From a virus (lineage: Duplodnaviria; Caudoviricetes), in IMG/VR virus record IMGVR_UViG_3300026522_000024, positions 1-64,000 of that record: a DNA stretch of 64,000 nt; one strand, given 5' to 3'. Positions 1 through 9,997 of this stretch are shown here, in pieces. A program made the position numbers and the translations under genes. Position 1 is the stretch's first letter; the number at the start of each line of letters is the position of its first letter. The notes below the pieces were generated by a model that had not been told where the DNA came from, did not search any database, and worked only from the letters and a program-made list of their open reading frames with translations.

Positions 1-464
1 GCGGTGGAGGGTGTTTTGGACAAGATAAAGATAACCCATTAAGTATACTGTTTGGTGGATTAAATAAGAACAACCAAGATTTTTCTAAAATCTTCAAGAT
101 AGGTCAAGGCGGTGGAGGGTGTTTTGGCACTGGAAGAATGGATTTACCACTACCTGAAATACCTAAGGCAGATGATACTGACCAGAGATTATCTAAGGTT
201 ATTGTTCCTCCAGATGTAGCATCCAAGAACGCAGAGCAAGGTAACAGCCCAGGAGGTGCTGGGACTCCAGCTACTTATAATAACATAGGTAGTAACATGG
301 GTTCTGGTGGCAATATGCAAATAACCATCAACGTAAATGGAAAAATAGAGGGAATGACACCAGATAACCAATCACAAATTGTAGCCGCTGTAATAGCACA
401 AGTAAATCAAACAAACTTTAGACAGCAAATAAGTAATGGATTCATTAGAACTCCTAACAGATAA
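1..464 (+). CDS. C-terminal end of probable tail tape measure protein (partial)
   Basis: Frame is open from position 3 to the stop at 464. It ends in a low-complexity 'ITINVNG...QIVAAV' tail typical of tape measure C-termini and lies just before the hub/lysin gene. Confidence 0.5.
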   Translation, partial: GGGCFGQDKDNPLSILFGGLNKNNQDFSKIFKIGQGGGGCFGTGRMDLPLPEIPKADDTDQRLSKVIVPPDVASKNAEQGNSPGGAGTPATYNNIGSNMGSGGNMQITINVNGKIEGMTPDNQSQIVAAVIAQVNQTNFRQQISNGFIRTPNR

Positions 465-479
465 TGGAGGTAAACCACT

Positions 480-3400
480 ATGAAAATAGTTGATATAGCA
501 CTTTCTCAAGAAGGTGTAGAAGAATCAGGGGTAAATGACGTATTATATAATACTTGGTATTATGGACATAAGGTGTCTGGTGGCTCTTACCCTTGGTGTG
601 CTGTTTTTATATCGTGGTGTGCAGAGCAGGCAGGACTGTCTACGGATGTCCTGCCTAAAACTGCTTCTGTGTCCACGTTAATGAAATTCTTTGAAAATAA
701 TGGTAGATACCATTCATATACTGAATACTTCCCTAAAGTGGGGGACATAATGATTCAGAAGTCTAATGGATACAGCCACGTAGGCATTGTAGTATCTATA
801 GACCAAGAAGGCTTTAATACCATAGAGGGTGACGTAAATAACAAGGTTAGTCAGTGTAGATATAGATATGAAACTACTGTAGTAACTGGATTTGGCTCAC
901 CTAATTATCCTGTAGAGATTAAACAAACTAAAAGATTCATGAAATCCGTTAGGCTAACTGCTTCTTCAGGTAATGAGGTTGTAATGTCTGACAATATGTC
1001 AACAGAGCAAATTTGGGATTGGTTTAGATACAAGGGTTACAGTCCTGAAGCTACTGCTGGTATCATGGGTAGAATGCAGCAAGAGCACAATTTTAGCCCT
1101 GATTATGCCCCTATTCACCAGATAGAGATAGGTGAAGTAGGTGGTATGGGTATGTTCCAGTGGACTTGGGATAGAGGGCATCTTGATGAACCATCTGTGT
1201 CAGACCTTACAGAAGGAAGGAGCATGTATCCAGATTCTAGGCTGGCTAAATACTTGGATTGGTGTGATGCTAATGGTAGAGGATATGAAAGTTGTGCTTC
1301 CCAGCTAGATTATTTGTGGGAACATGATTTAGATGACCAATCTTGGACTGGATGGACTTTCAAACCTGAAGAAATGAACGGATTGAGTATAGAAGAAGCA
1401 GCTCATATATGGACTACTAAATTTGAAAGAGGTCAAAGTGGCAGTGAAGTTGAGTATGCTTATGACTACTACAACCAGTTCAAAGACAGACCAGCACCTG
1501 ACGGCTCCAGAACAGTGCCTAGTACTGTAAGTAATAAAGTAACAACATCTGGTAAAGCAGTGAAAACTCCTAGTGATGTAGGTCGGTATACCTACATTGC
1601 TTATACAGTTAAAGAAGGGGATACATTAGAATCAATAGCTGAAGCCTACAATGTTGCTCCACAAATGATTGTATTTGCTAATGACCTTACAGAATGGAAA
1701 GTAACTCCAGGTCAAGTCATTTATATACCACAAGCAAAAGGTATAATGGCTAAAGGAGAACAAACATCTGGAGTAGATGCATTAAAGCAGAAAACACACA
1801 CTATGAGTGTTACTGTGTCCCACCCTACTGTAGAAATACATTTTTATGGTGAGTATGGTAAGCTGGCTGCTATATCTACTTTGTCTCCTAATAAGAATAC
1901 AGAAGTTGATAACGATATCATCAGTGTAAATACTGTTAGAAACCAAAGTCAGGACTGTCCTACGTTTACTATTAGCTTAGTATGGCGTAACAAATGGTAC
2001 GATAATTTGGCTAGCAATGATATGCTGGTGATTTACATGCAGAGACCTCCAGAAATGAAAGCAATTGTTATGTATGGTCTTATAGATGATATAAGAAAGA
2101 CAATGGACTTTTCTTCAGGTCAGCCACAGAGAGCAGTTCAGGTTACAGGCAGAGGGTTCAATAAATGTTTTGTACAATTTGATGTAGGACTACTTGAAAA
2201 TTATTCTAGTTTGAAAGATATGGGTGGTGGATGGTTTAGTGGATTAACTCAATTACATAGTTGTTCTAGCTATAATGCTATAAAGATAACAGTGGAATCC
2301 TTTGTTGGTAAAGCTATGAAGTACAATTTTGGTGATGGAAAATCCCTAAAAGACCATTTTGTATATAGCGGAAAAGAGAAACAACATGAGATTTTAATGG
2401 ATTTTACTCAGTTTACGTCATTTAATGGTAGTCTGTGGAATTTCATTAAGGAACTAGCCAATGCTCCTTTTAATGAGACTTATTGGGAAGTAATCAATGG
2501 TAAACCTACTATGGTTCACAGACCTACTCCCTTTAACAAGGAAGATTGGATAAAACTCAACAGAATAACAGTAAAAGATGATAATATTGTGTCAAATAGT
2601 ACTGGTAGAAGTGATTTGGAAACCTACACAGTATATCAGTGCCATATGACTCTTATGGGTAGTGATACAATAAACTTGTTACCACCTATGTGGTATCCTC
2701 CTTATTATCCTAAGTACGGATTAAGACAACTGAAAGTAGAAACCATCTATGAATACCAAAATAAAAAGTATGACACTAGAGAGTGGAGTAAAGAACTGTT
2801 CAATTTTAACATCAAAAACAATGTATTTGAGAACGGCACTATTGTAGTCAAGGGAAGCAATCAGTATAAGGTAGGAGAAAGAATAATTTTAGAGTCAGAA
2901 AACATGGAATTCTATGTAGAATCCGTCTCTCAGTCTTTCAATATGTACAACGCTTGGACCACTTCTTTAGGAGTAACCAGAGGAATACAACCAGAAAAGC
3001 GTTTTACACCTCCTTGGGGGGCATATGAAGAACTTACTCCAACAGTAATGATGGCTATAATACAGCTTACTGGCAACGGTAAAGTTTCATGGTATGATTT
3101 ACCTGAGAGGGAATTTGCTAGAAAGAACGTAAGTCAATATGGTGCTAATGGTAGGAGAATAGGAAGCATGTATGACTTTAGAGGAAAAACCTTTACCTGG
3201 CCAGTACCAGATTATGGTGAAGATTGTATCACCAGCCCATTTGGACCAAGAACTGCTCCTACAGCTGGTGCTTCTAGTTACCATAATGGTATAGACATAG
3301 GCGGTGATTATGGGGCAACCCTTGTTGCTGCTTGTGATGGTACAGTTATTAGTAGTGGTCCAGCATCTGGATATGGTCACTGGATTCGTATAGACCACGG

Positions 3401-4049
3401 TGACGGAATCGTTACTATATATGGTCATATGTATGCTGACGGACTTATTGCTCAGGAAGGCAGTACAGTTAAGGCTGGAGAGAAAATTGCTCTTATGGGT
3501 AGTGATGGTTATTCCACTGGACCACACTTACATTTCCAAGTAGAGATAGATGGAGAGCCAGTTGACCCAATGGAAGCCTTTGCTGTAAGGAAGTCTGGAG
3601 GATTCAATGATGTAGGTGTAAGTGCTTCTCAGGAGGAAGTAGCATTAGCAATATATCAGTATGCTACTGGCACCATTGGGTTTAATAAGGCTGCTGCTTG
3701 TGCTTTGTTAGGTAACATAGAACAGGAGTCGTCTTTCATTATTGATGATGAAAATTCACTTGGGGCTTTTGGTCTGTGTCAGTGGTTGAATTCCAGAAGA
3801 ACTGGATTAGAAAGATTCTGTAGAGAAAATGGACTTGATGTTCTCAGTGTAGCTGGACAAATGGGCTGGTTAGTATGGGAATTCAATAACACAGAAATTG
3901 CTGGATATAATGTATTAGCTAATGCTCCAGATAGTAGAGAAACAGTATATAGTACATCCGTATCATTTGGTGAAGCATTTGAGAGATATGGTGAAGGTGA
4001 AGAAGGTTCACGTGGTAATAATGCTGTAAAATGGTATGATTCTATATAA
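480..4049 (+). CDS. Baseplate hub / tail-associated lysin: CHAP + phage tail lysozyme + LysM + hub + M23 peptidase + second tail lysozyme
   Basis: YPWCAVF...SHVGIV...TIEG (CHAP); AGIMGRMQQE and ALLGNIEQES (tail lysozyme x2); YTVKEGDTLESIA (LysM); HNGID...YGH...STGPHLHF (M23); RBS ggaggt. Confidence 0.85.
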   Translation: MKIVDIALSQEGVEESGVNDVLYNTWYYGHKVSGGSYPWCAVFISWCAEQAGLSTDVLPKTASVSTLMKFFENNGRYHSYTEYFPKVGDIMIQKSNGYSHVGIVVSIDQEGFNTIEGDVNNKVSQCRYRYETTVVTGFGSPNYPVEIKQTKRFMKSVRLTASSGNEVVMSDNMSTEQIWDWFRYKGYSPEATAGIMGRMQQEHNFSPDYAPIHQIEIGEVGGMGMFQWTWDRGHLDEPSVSDLTEGRSMYPDSRLAKYLDWCDANGRGYESCASQLDYLWEHDLDDQSWTGWTFKPEEMNGLSIEEAAHIWTTKFERGQSGSEVEYAYDYYNQFKDRPAPDGSRTVPSTVSNKVTTSGKAVKTPSDVGRYTYIAYTVKEGDTLESIAEAYNVAPQMIVFANDLTEWKVTPGQVIYIPQAKGIMAKGEQTSGVDALKQKTHTMSVTVSHPTVEIHFYGEYGKLAAISTLSPNKNTEVDNDIISVNTVRNQSQDCPTFTISLVWRNKWYDNLASNDMLVIYMQRPPEMKAIVMYGLIDDIRKTMDFSSGQPQRAVQVTGRGFNKCFVQFDVGLLENYSSLKDMGGGWFSGLTQLHSCSSYNAIKITVESFVGKAMKYNFGDGKSLKDHFVYSGKEKQHEILMDFTQFTSFNGSLWNFIKELANAPFNETYWEVINGKPTMVHRPTPFNKEDWIKLNRITVKDDNIVSNSTGRSDLETYTVYQCHMTLMGSDTINLLPPMWYPPYYPKYGLRQLKVETIYEYQNKKYDTREWSKELFNFNIKNNVFENGTIVVKGSNQYKVGERIILESENMEFYVESVSQSFNMYNAWTTSLGVTRGIQPEKRFTPPWGAYEELTPTVMMAIIQLTGNGKVSWYDLPEREFARKNVSQYGANGRRIGSMYDFRGKTFTWPVPDYGEDCITSPFGPRTAPTAGASSYHNGIDIGGDYGATLVAACDGTVISSGPASGYGHWIRIDHGDGIVTIYGHMYADGLIAQEGSTVKAGEKIALMGSDGYSTGPHLHFQVEIDGEPVDPMEAFAVRKSGGFNDVGVSASQEEVALAIYQYATGTIGFNKAAACALLGNIEQESSFIIDDENSLGAFGLCQWLNSRRTGLERFCRENGLDVLSVAGQMGWLVWEFNNTEIAGYNVLANAPDSRETVYSTSVSFGEAFERYGEGEEGSRGNNAVKWYDSI

Positions 4050-4062
4050 AGGAGGAATAACA

Positions 4063-6645
4063 ATGGCTGAAAATCAACCTCAACTCCAGTCTTCACTAGG
4101 AGAAGTATCATCAACAAAAACTGAAAATGATAGAGTATGGGATATGGGTTATTTGGCAATCGGTCAGGTTACAAAAGTACACCCTAAAAGATATACAGCA
4201 GACGTAGAAATTTATCACACTAATGATAAAATAGCTTCCATGTCAGGTAATGAAGGCAGGCACTCATGCCGTATTGGTGTTGGAAGTGCTGGATTTAATG
4301 CCTTACACAATAGACCATTCGGAGAAATTAACCCAATACATGCTGGTGATATTGTGCTGGTAGGATTCTTGAAGAATTCTAAACAGCAACCAGTTATCAT
4401 AAAAACCTTTCACAGCACTACAGAAGAAGTTGGTGACCTCAATCTGAGAAACATACTTAATAACCAATTCTCTAATGATACCGAATCAGACGTTGAAAGC
4501 GCAGTAAAAATCTCACCTATACAGGATTTTTCCGTAATAGATAAATGGGGAAATTTTGAGTATGCTTCTCACACTAAATCATTCTTTGTAGCAAAAGAAT
4601 TTGGTATTGACGATGAAAAATTTGACTTTGAGGATTTGAGCATAAAAACCAATGTTAGCTCAGAAGTATTGTCTCAAACAAAGGATAGTTTGTCTGGTCT
4701 AAATGACCCAAATAATGCCTATAGCTTGGTGGATGATGCTATAAATAATTTGTTCAGTAGTTTATTTGGAGGCATCTTTAATCTGGACAAATCAGGCAGT
4801 CCTTCCCAGTCTAAAATGGATGATAAGTCTCAGCAAAAACTGATGAGAGGCAAGACTATTTCTGTAGAGGAAAAATTTTCTAAGCCTAAGAAATTTTTAG
4901 CTTGCTTCAGAGATAAATTTGAGGACTCAGCCACTAACTGGTTGAAGGTTATAGTAGACGCAGCTAAGACCTCTATGAGAATCATAAAATTTCAGCAGTC
5001 AGAAAATAAGAATACTCAGATTGAACTGGATGAGCATGGAACCATAAAAATCAGGAGACAACTGGATTCTAGGCATCTATTCGATAATTCAGTACCTCAG
5101 ACAGCAGACAACATAGAGCAGAATCCTTCTAAGATATACTCAGAAATGCAAATGGTAGCAGACGGAACAATAATGGTTCAGACTTTAGAAAAGTCCAACC
5201 CTCAACAGCTTTCTGAACAGGAACAGAAAGAGGGAGTACTCCCATACCCATTATCTACTATCATTATCAGCCCTAAAGGTGGAGACATAATTGTTAAGAC
5301 TAAGAGCAAAATTGCTGTATCTGCTGAGGATAGTATTAGTGTAATGAGCCGTAAGGGCATAGACATAAAATCACTAGAAGGCATAAGCATGACTAGTAAG
5401 GGCAAGATAAATATTGCTTCAGAAGCCAATATAGATATGGCTGCTCCAGACACTAATATAACATCTGCTGTAGACATTACTGGCTCTATGGATATGAAGG
5501 GTGAAACCAATGTTGTAGGTAATACAACTATTACTGGTAAAACCTTGGTTAACGCCAGAAAAGTTATTGTTCAAGGCGATCAGGATACAGATAGAGATAT
5601 AGATATGTCTAGGTATGGCAATGCTATCCAGTCTATCTGTGAATCTTTTATACGGAAAAAGCTCATGGCAAATATGTCTGTATCGTTAGCACCTACAGTA
5701 GCTATTTTGGGTATGGTAAACCAGACTTCAGGCAGCTTTGATGGTATGATTTGGTCTGGTACTTCTTCTACTATGGAGAGAGGTTGTTTTGGTCAGCTTA
5801 TAAAGTGGGATACCAAAGCACAAAACCTCCTTAATAACTTCTGTACGTCTTTCCAATTCCCAGTAGATAGTATTTCTGCTCAGTTAGATTTTGTTCAAAG
5901 TGATAAAGGATTAGGAATTGACATAGAAGGATTGATAGGTAACTTGGGTTCAGGTGCTACTGAATTGCAAAAGACAGTGGCTGCTGTAAATAGTTTGTAT
6001 GATAAACTTGAAAAAACCAATAATATTGAAGAACAATTACAACGTGTAATACAGGAATCTATACAGAAGCTGCCTAACGATATTTCTGGTACTGGCACTC
6101 ACATACCAGGACTACCATTACCTAGTACTGAAGATTTCAGTATCACTGAAGCTATAAGTAAAGCCTTCAAAGACTCATTCCTTACAGGAGTAATTAAGGC
6201 TACATCTGGAGCAATGAATACCAACTTTGTGGATTATGGCGATGGTACTACGCCTATGGTTGGTATCAGCAACATAATACATGAAGGAGATAAGTTAGGG
6301 AGCAGTTATGACACAGATGATTCAAGTATTGCCACTATAGAAGATGCTCTTATTGATATCAATAAATACATTGAAGGAAACATATTTGACCAAGTAGCAG
6401 TTATTGCTAGAAAGTTTGACTCAGAGACTGGTATGAACACTTCACAATGGACACGTACCAACAGAAAAATCACAGAACACCGAGTAAATGATGATAATAG
6501 TACCTACACTATTACTAAACCAGCACCACTCACTACTAAAGAACAATACTATGATAGAATCAACAAAAGATATGTGTATAACACAGCAGAAAATATTATT
6601 AAGAGAGTAAATTCCTCTTGGATGTATCATAATCTGTTTGAGTAA
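4063..6645 (+). CDS. Baseplate central spike-like protein
   Basis: N-terminal OB-like 'IGQVTKVHPKRYTADV...GDIVLVGF' followed by ~8-residue beta-helix repeats (SKIAVSAEDSISVMSRKGIDIKS...). Position after the hub gene. ATG 4063 follows ggagg. Confidence 0.6.
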   Translation: MAENQPQLQSSLGEVSSTKTENDRVWDMGYLAIGQVTKVHPKRYTADVEIYHTNDKIASMSGNEGRHSCRIGVGSAGFNALHNRPFGEINPIHAGDIVLVGFLKNSKQQPVIIKTFHSTTEEVGDLNLRNILNNQFSNDTESDVESAVKISPIQDFSVIDKWGNFEYASHTKSFFVAKEFGIDDEKFDFEDLSIKTNVSSEVLSQTKDSLSGLNDPNNAYSLVDDAINNLFSSLFGGIFNLDKSGSPSQSKMDDKSQQKLMRGKTISVEEKFSKPKKFLACFRDKFEDSATNWLKVIVDAAKTSMRIIKFQQSENKNTQIELDEHGTIKIRRQLDSRHLFDNSVPQTADNIEQNPSKIYSEMQMVADGTIMVQTLEKSNPQQLSEQEQKEGVLPYPLSTIIISPKGGDIIVKTKSKIAVSAEDSISVMSRKGIDIKSLEGISMTSKGKINIASEANIDMAAPDTNITSAVDITGSMDMKGETNVVGNTTITGKTLVNARKVIVQGDQDTDRDIDMSRYGNAIQSICESFIRKKLMANMSVSLAPTVAILGMVNQTSGSFDGMIWSGTSSTMERGCFGQLIKWDTKAQNLLNNFCTSFQFPVDSISAQLDFVQSDKGLGIDIEGLIGNLGSGATELQKTVAAVNSLYDKLEKTNNIEEQLQRVIQESIQKLPNDISGTGTHIPGLPLPSTEDFSITEAISKAFKDSFLTGVIKATSGAMNTNFVDYGDGTTPMVGISNIIHEGDKLGSSYDTDDSSIATIEDALIDINKYIEGNIFDQVAVIARKFDSETGMNTSQWTRTNRKITEHRVNDDNSTYTITKPAPLTTKEQYYDRINKRYVYNTAENIIKRVNSSWMYHNLFE

Positions 6646-6657
6646 GGGGGTAAGAAC

Positions 6658-8184
6658 ATGGCTGATGTTTCTTTATCCAATGTTGTATCAAATGCAGACA
6701 TGGAAGTGTCTCTCAGTAACCTTAGAAGTGGAAACGGCAGCAACCGCAGTAACATAAAGAGAATGGAAATTGCTTATGGCAGTACAAGTATAAAATTTGC
6801 CATTAACCCAGAGGATTATAACCAGAAAGAACCAAATAGAGCAACCTTAACACAAACTAAAGGTGGCGCTTGGATTGATGCTTGGGGTGCTGGTATCGTG
6901 GAATTCACGCTAAAGGGCATTACTGGTGTTTCAGGTAGAAAAATTTCAACCACAACGGAAACACTTACACAGTTAAATACTACAGCTGCTAATCTAAATG
7001 GAGATAGCGGTGTAGATACTGGTTATCAAAGATGGAAACAACTCAGAGATTTGTTTAGAAGTGTGTTTAATGCCATTAAAGACGGTGAAGAAGTCACTGA
7101 GCTTATAAGGTTCTATAATTACACAGATAACGAATACTGGTATTGTTATCCTACACAAAATGGTATTGAATTATATAGAAGTAAAGCCAGACCTCATGTA
7201 TATCAATATACCATTAGTTTATGGGGAATACGTAAGATAGGAGAACCAGAAACCTCTGTAGGAGTTATAGGTAATCCAGACAAGGAAGGTGCTACAACTG
7301 AAATAGATACCTCTACAGAAGAAAACAATGAAAATGCTGAGAATACTGAAAACGGTACTGATAATAACTCAACTACTACCAAAGAAACTAAGACTGAAGT
7401 GTCTGGAGGAAGTGTGTATAGAACTGCTTCAGCAGCCCTTAATACAGAAGCTGATGTAACTACACTTACTAATACAAGGACTAAGACTAATTATGTGTTA
7501 AGAAATCAGAGTCACTCTTTAGCGCAGCTCATAGCACCATTAATTGGAGGATACGAAGGCAAAATTGCTCCTGTTACTGGCTATTATACTGCTAAAGAAC
7601 TGAAAATAAATGACGCAGGAGTTGTATATAATGTACAAGGATTCAAAGGTAAAGACCTCCTAAAAGAAGGTGAAAAATCAAATTTTCTTATAGAAGAAAT
7701 CATATTTGGAAATGTAGTTTCAGTAGAAACCTATAACATGTGGAAAAGAATGCTTCAGTATGACCCTAACATACTGTCTCCAGAGTACACATATCCAGTA
7801 GGTGCTACTCCAAAGGAAAGAGTGATACAAGCAATAGCTAAAAATAGAACTTACGACAGTACTATTTATGACTATATTGTACAATACAAGCCAAAATATT
7901 ATCTAACTAAGACAGAGATAAACTTGCTTAAAACAATCCTGCTAGAAAGCATGATGGTATATATAAAGCTAGAAGAAATGTATAATTCTCAAGGAGCACC
8001 TGAAGCTACAATTACCTCTACAGGAATGAGAACTTTGATTAAAAACATACAAGCAGTAATAATGTATTTTGAGTATAATAGTACTGATGTAACCAAATTT
8101 TACACTCAGAATGTGTCTGCTGAGTTAAGGCAGCTAGAGTCACTTATGATGCAGGTTCATACTGACGTGATAATTTATTTGTAG
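6658..8184 (+). CDS. Virion/baseplate structural protein (tube-initiator-like)
   Basis: 'FAINPEDY...TQTKGGAWIDAWG.GI..FTLKG.TG' resembles Twort/SPO1-like baseplate proteins; synteny. Confidence 0.55.
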   Translation: MADVSLSNVVSNADMEVSLSNLRSGNGSNRSNIKRMEIAYGSTSIKFAINPEDYNQKEPNRATLTQTKGGAWIDAWGAGIVEFTLKGITGVSGRKISTTTETLTQLNTTAANLNGDSGVDTGYQRWKQLRDLFRSVFNAIKDGEEVTELIRFYNYTDNEYWYCYPTQNGIELYRSKARPHVYQYTISLWGIRKIGEPETSVGVIGNPDKEGATTEIDTSTEENNENAENTENGTDNNSTTTKETKTEVSGGSVYRTASAALNTEADVTTLTNTRTKTNYVLRNQSHSLAQLIAPLIGGYEGKIAPVTGYYTAKELKINDAGVVYNVQGFKGKDLLKEGEKSNFLIEEIIFGNVVSVETYNMWKRMLQYDPNILSPEYTYPVGATPKERVIQAIAKNRTYDSTIYDYIVQYKPKYYLTKTEINLLKTILLESMMVYIKLEEMYNSQGAPEATITSTGMRTLIKNIQAVIMYFEYNSTDVTKFYTQNVSAELRQLESLMMQVHTDVIIYL

Positions 8185-8195
8185 GAAGTGATACA

Positions 8196-8912
8196 ATGAA
8201 AGCAAGATACATGACTCATACTGTTAATCCTGGTGACACTATTCAGTCTATAGGAGCAACATATAATGTGGATTGGACGAAACTTGTAATTGTAAATGGG
8301 TTGATGTATCCATTTATTGATTCCGAGATAAATTCACATGAGTTTGATAACACTGATGAAGTGGCTAAAATAGGTAGTAGGTTGGTTATACCAACTACAG
8401 GGATACATATACCTAAGAAAACTAATAATCTTTCAGAAGAACTTGAAAAATACACATTTGGATGTGACTTAGATTTGTACTCTACTGAGACTTCCTATAA
8501 TGGGGTTACTAATCTGGAAACCTTGGGAACATTGAATGCTGGCAATGATGGGGACATACTTCTTAGTGAAGGAATCAACAATTTAAGACAGCAGCTTATT
8601 ACCAGATTGGGAACACCTAAAGGTACATTGATGATGCACCCAGAATGGGGTTGTAACCTTATAAACATGATAGGTGGTAAGGTTACTATGGAAAGGCTCA
8701 TAAAAATCAAGCTGGAAGTGCAAGAATGTGTCCTAGGGGATTTCAGGGTACTTGGAGTGAGTGACATTAGGGCTGTATTTAAGAATTCTGATGGAGCAGA
8801 CGGTAGTAATGGAATACTTAATAGCCACGGACGTGCTATATTTATTGACTTTATTGTTCACCCAGTAGAACCATATTCAGTATTCCGTGTAGGAAAGACA
8901 TTTTCAAGGTGA
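8196..8912 (+). CDS. LysM + gp25-like baseplate wedge protein
   Basis: HTVNPGDTIQSI (LysM); NLRQQLITRLGTPKGTLMMHPEWG (gp25/GPW-like). Confidence 0.75.
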   Translation: MKARYMTHTVNPGDTIQSIGATYNVDWTKLVIVNGLMYPFIDSEINSHEFDNTDEVAKIGSRLVIPTTGIHIPKKTNNLSEELEKYTFGCDLDLYSTETSYNGVTNLETLGTLNAGNDGDILLSEGINNLRQQLITRLGTPKGTLMMHPEWGCNLINMIGGKVTMERLIKIKLEVQECVLGDFRVLGVSDIRAVFKNSDGADGSNGILNSHGRAIFIDFIVHPVEPYSVFRVGKTFSR

Positions 8913-8923
8913 GGTGAGATATA

Positions 8924-9997
8924 ATGGGACTTGAAATAAAGAGTATGTACAAAGTATTAAAGGATATGATAGACTGGACTACTGCTAGGTCAGATAAACT
9001 TACGGACTTTAACATTGGTTCTGGTATCCGAACTTTGTATGAAGCAGTTTCTATACAGATTGAAGAAATATACTTCAGAATGAAACAATATGTGATTTAT
9101 GCTATAGAAACCTCAATTTATACCTCTTTCGGAATAGAGAGGAAGACATCTGAGTATGCCACTGGCACAGTAAACATAGTATTTCAGAGAGCACTCACAA
9201 ATTCATTGACTATACCTAAAGGAACAATTTTTTCTACATCTGATATGTATGGATACATATACTTTGAAACCATAGACGATAACTACTGTGAGCCAGGACT
9301 GGTTAGCACTACAGTAGAGGTCAAGTGCCAGAAAGAAGGAGCAATTGGTAATGTACCACAAGGTGCTATTTCTTTAATGATTCCTACTAATCAGAATGTA
9401 AAGAGTGTGTATAATACAGCTGACTTTACTAATGGCAGAGAGGCAGAGACAGCATTAGAGCACAAAAAGCGTTTTCAAAAGTACATTAACACCTTGGCTA
9501 GAGCCACTAGAAATGCTATAATGTGGGGGGCACTTCAAGTGGAAGGTATAACTGGTGCTTATGTAGACGATAACTACATTGGATACGTAAAACTGTACGT
9601 ACATGATTCCAATGGTGAACTTCCAGATACTTTAAGAGCAGAAGTAAATAAGGCTATGATTGACTTTAGGGCTGGTGGTATAGAAGTAGAGGTACTTCCA
9701 ATTGTTAAAGTAAACATCAATCCTTATATAAAGGTTATGCTCTATGATGATTATGATACCAATGTGTATGAACCTCAGATAAAGTCAATTGTGTTTAACT
9801 TCCTCAATGAGTACTCAGTAGGAGATAACTACTATTTGGCTGATGTTATCCATCACATAAAATCATGCTATGAAGATATTGTTATAAACGTACTCATAAA
9901 AGAGTCAGAAGATACAGTAGTCCAAGCTAATGAGCTCATTAGACCTGGTAATATTACAGTAGAATGCATAAATAAGAAGAACTGGAGGAATGAGTGA
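8924..9997 (+). CDS. Baseplate J-like protein
   Basis: TDFNIGSGIRTLYEAVS; IPKGT; C...GAIGN; FTNGREAET...RF. Confidence 0.85.
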   Translation: MGLEIKSMYKVLKDMIDWTTARSDKLTDFNIGSGIRTLYEAVSIQIEEIYFRMKQYVIYAIETSIYTSFGIERKTSEYATGTVNIVFQRALTNSLTIPKGTIFSTSDMYGYIYFETIDDNYCEPGLVSTTVEVKCQKEGAIGNVPQGAISLMIPTNQNVKSVYNTADFTNGREAETALEHKKRFQKYINTLARATRNAIMWGALQVEGITGAYVDDNYIGYVKLYVHDSNGELPDTLRAEVNKAMIDFRAGGIEVEVLPIVKVNINPYIKVMLYDDYDTNVYEPQIKSIVFNFLNEYSVGDNYYLADVIHHIKSCYEDIVINVLIKESEDTVVQANELIRPGNITVECINKKNWRNE

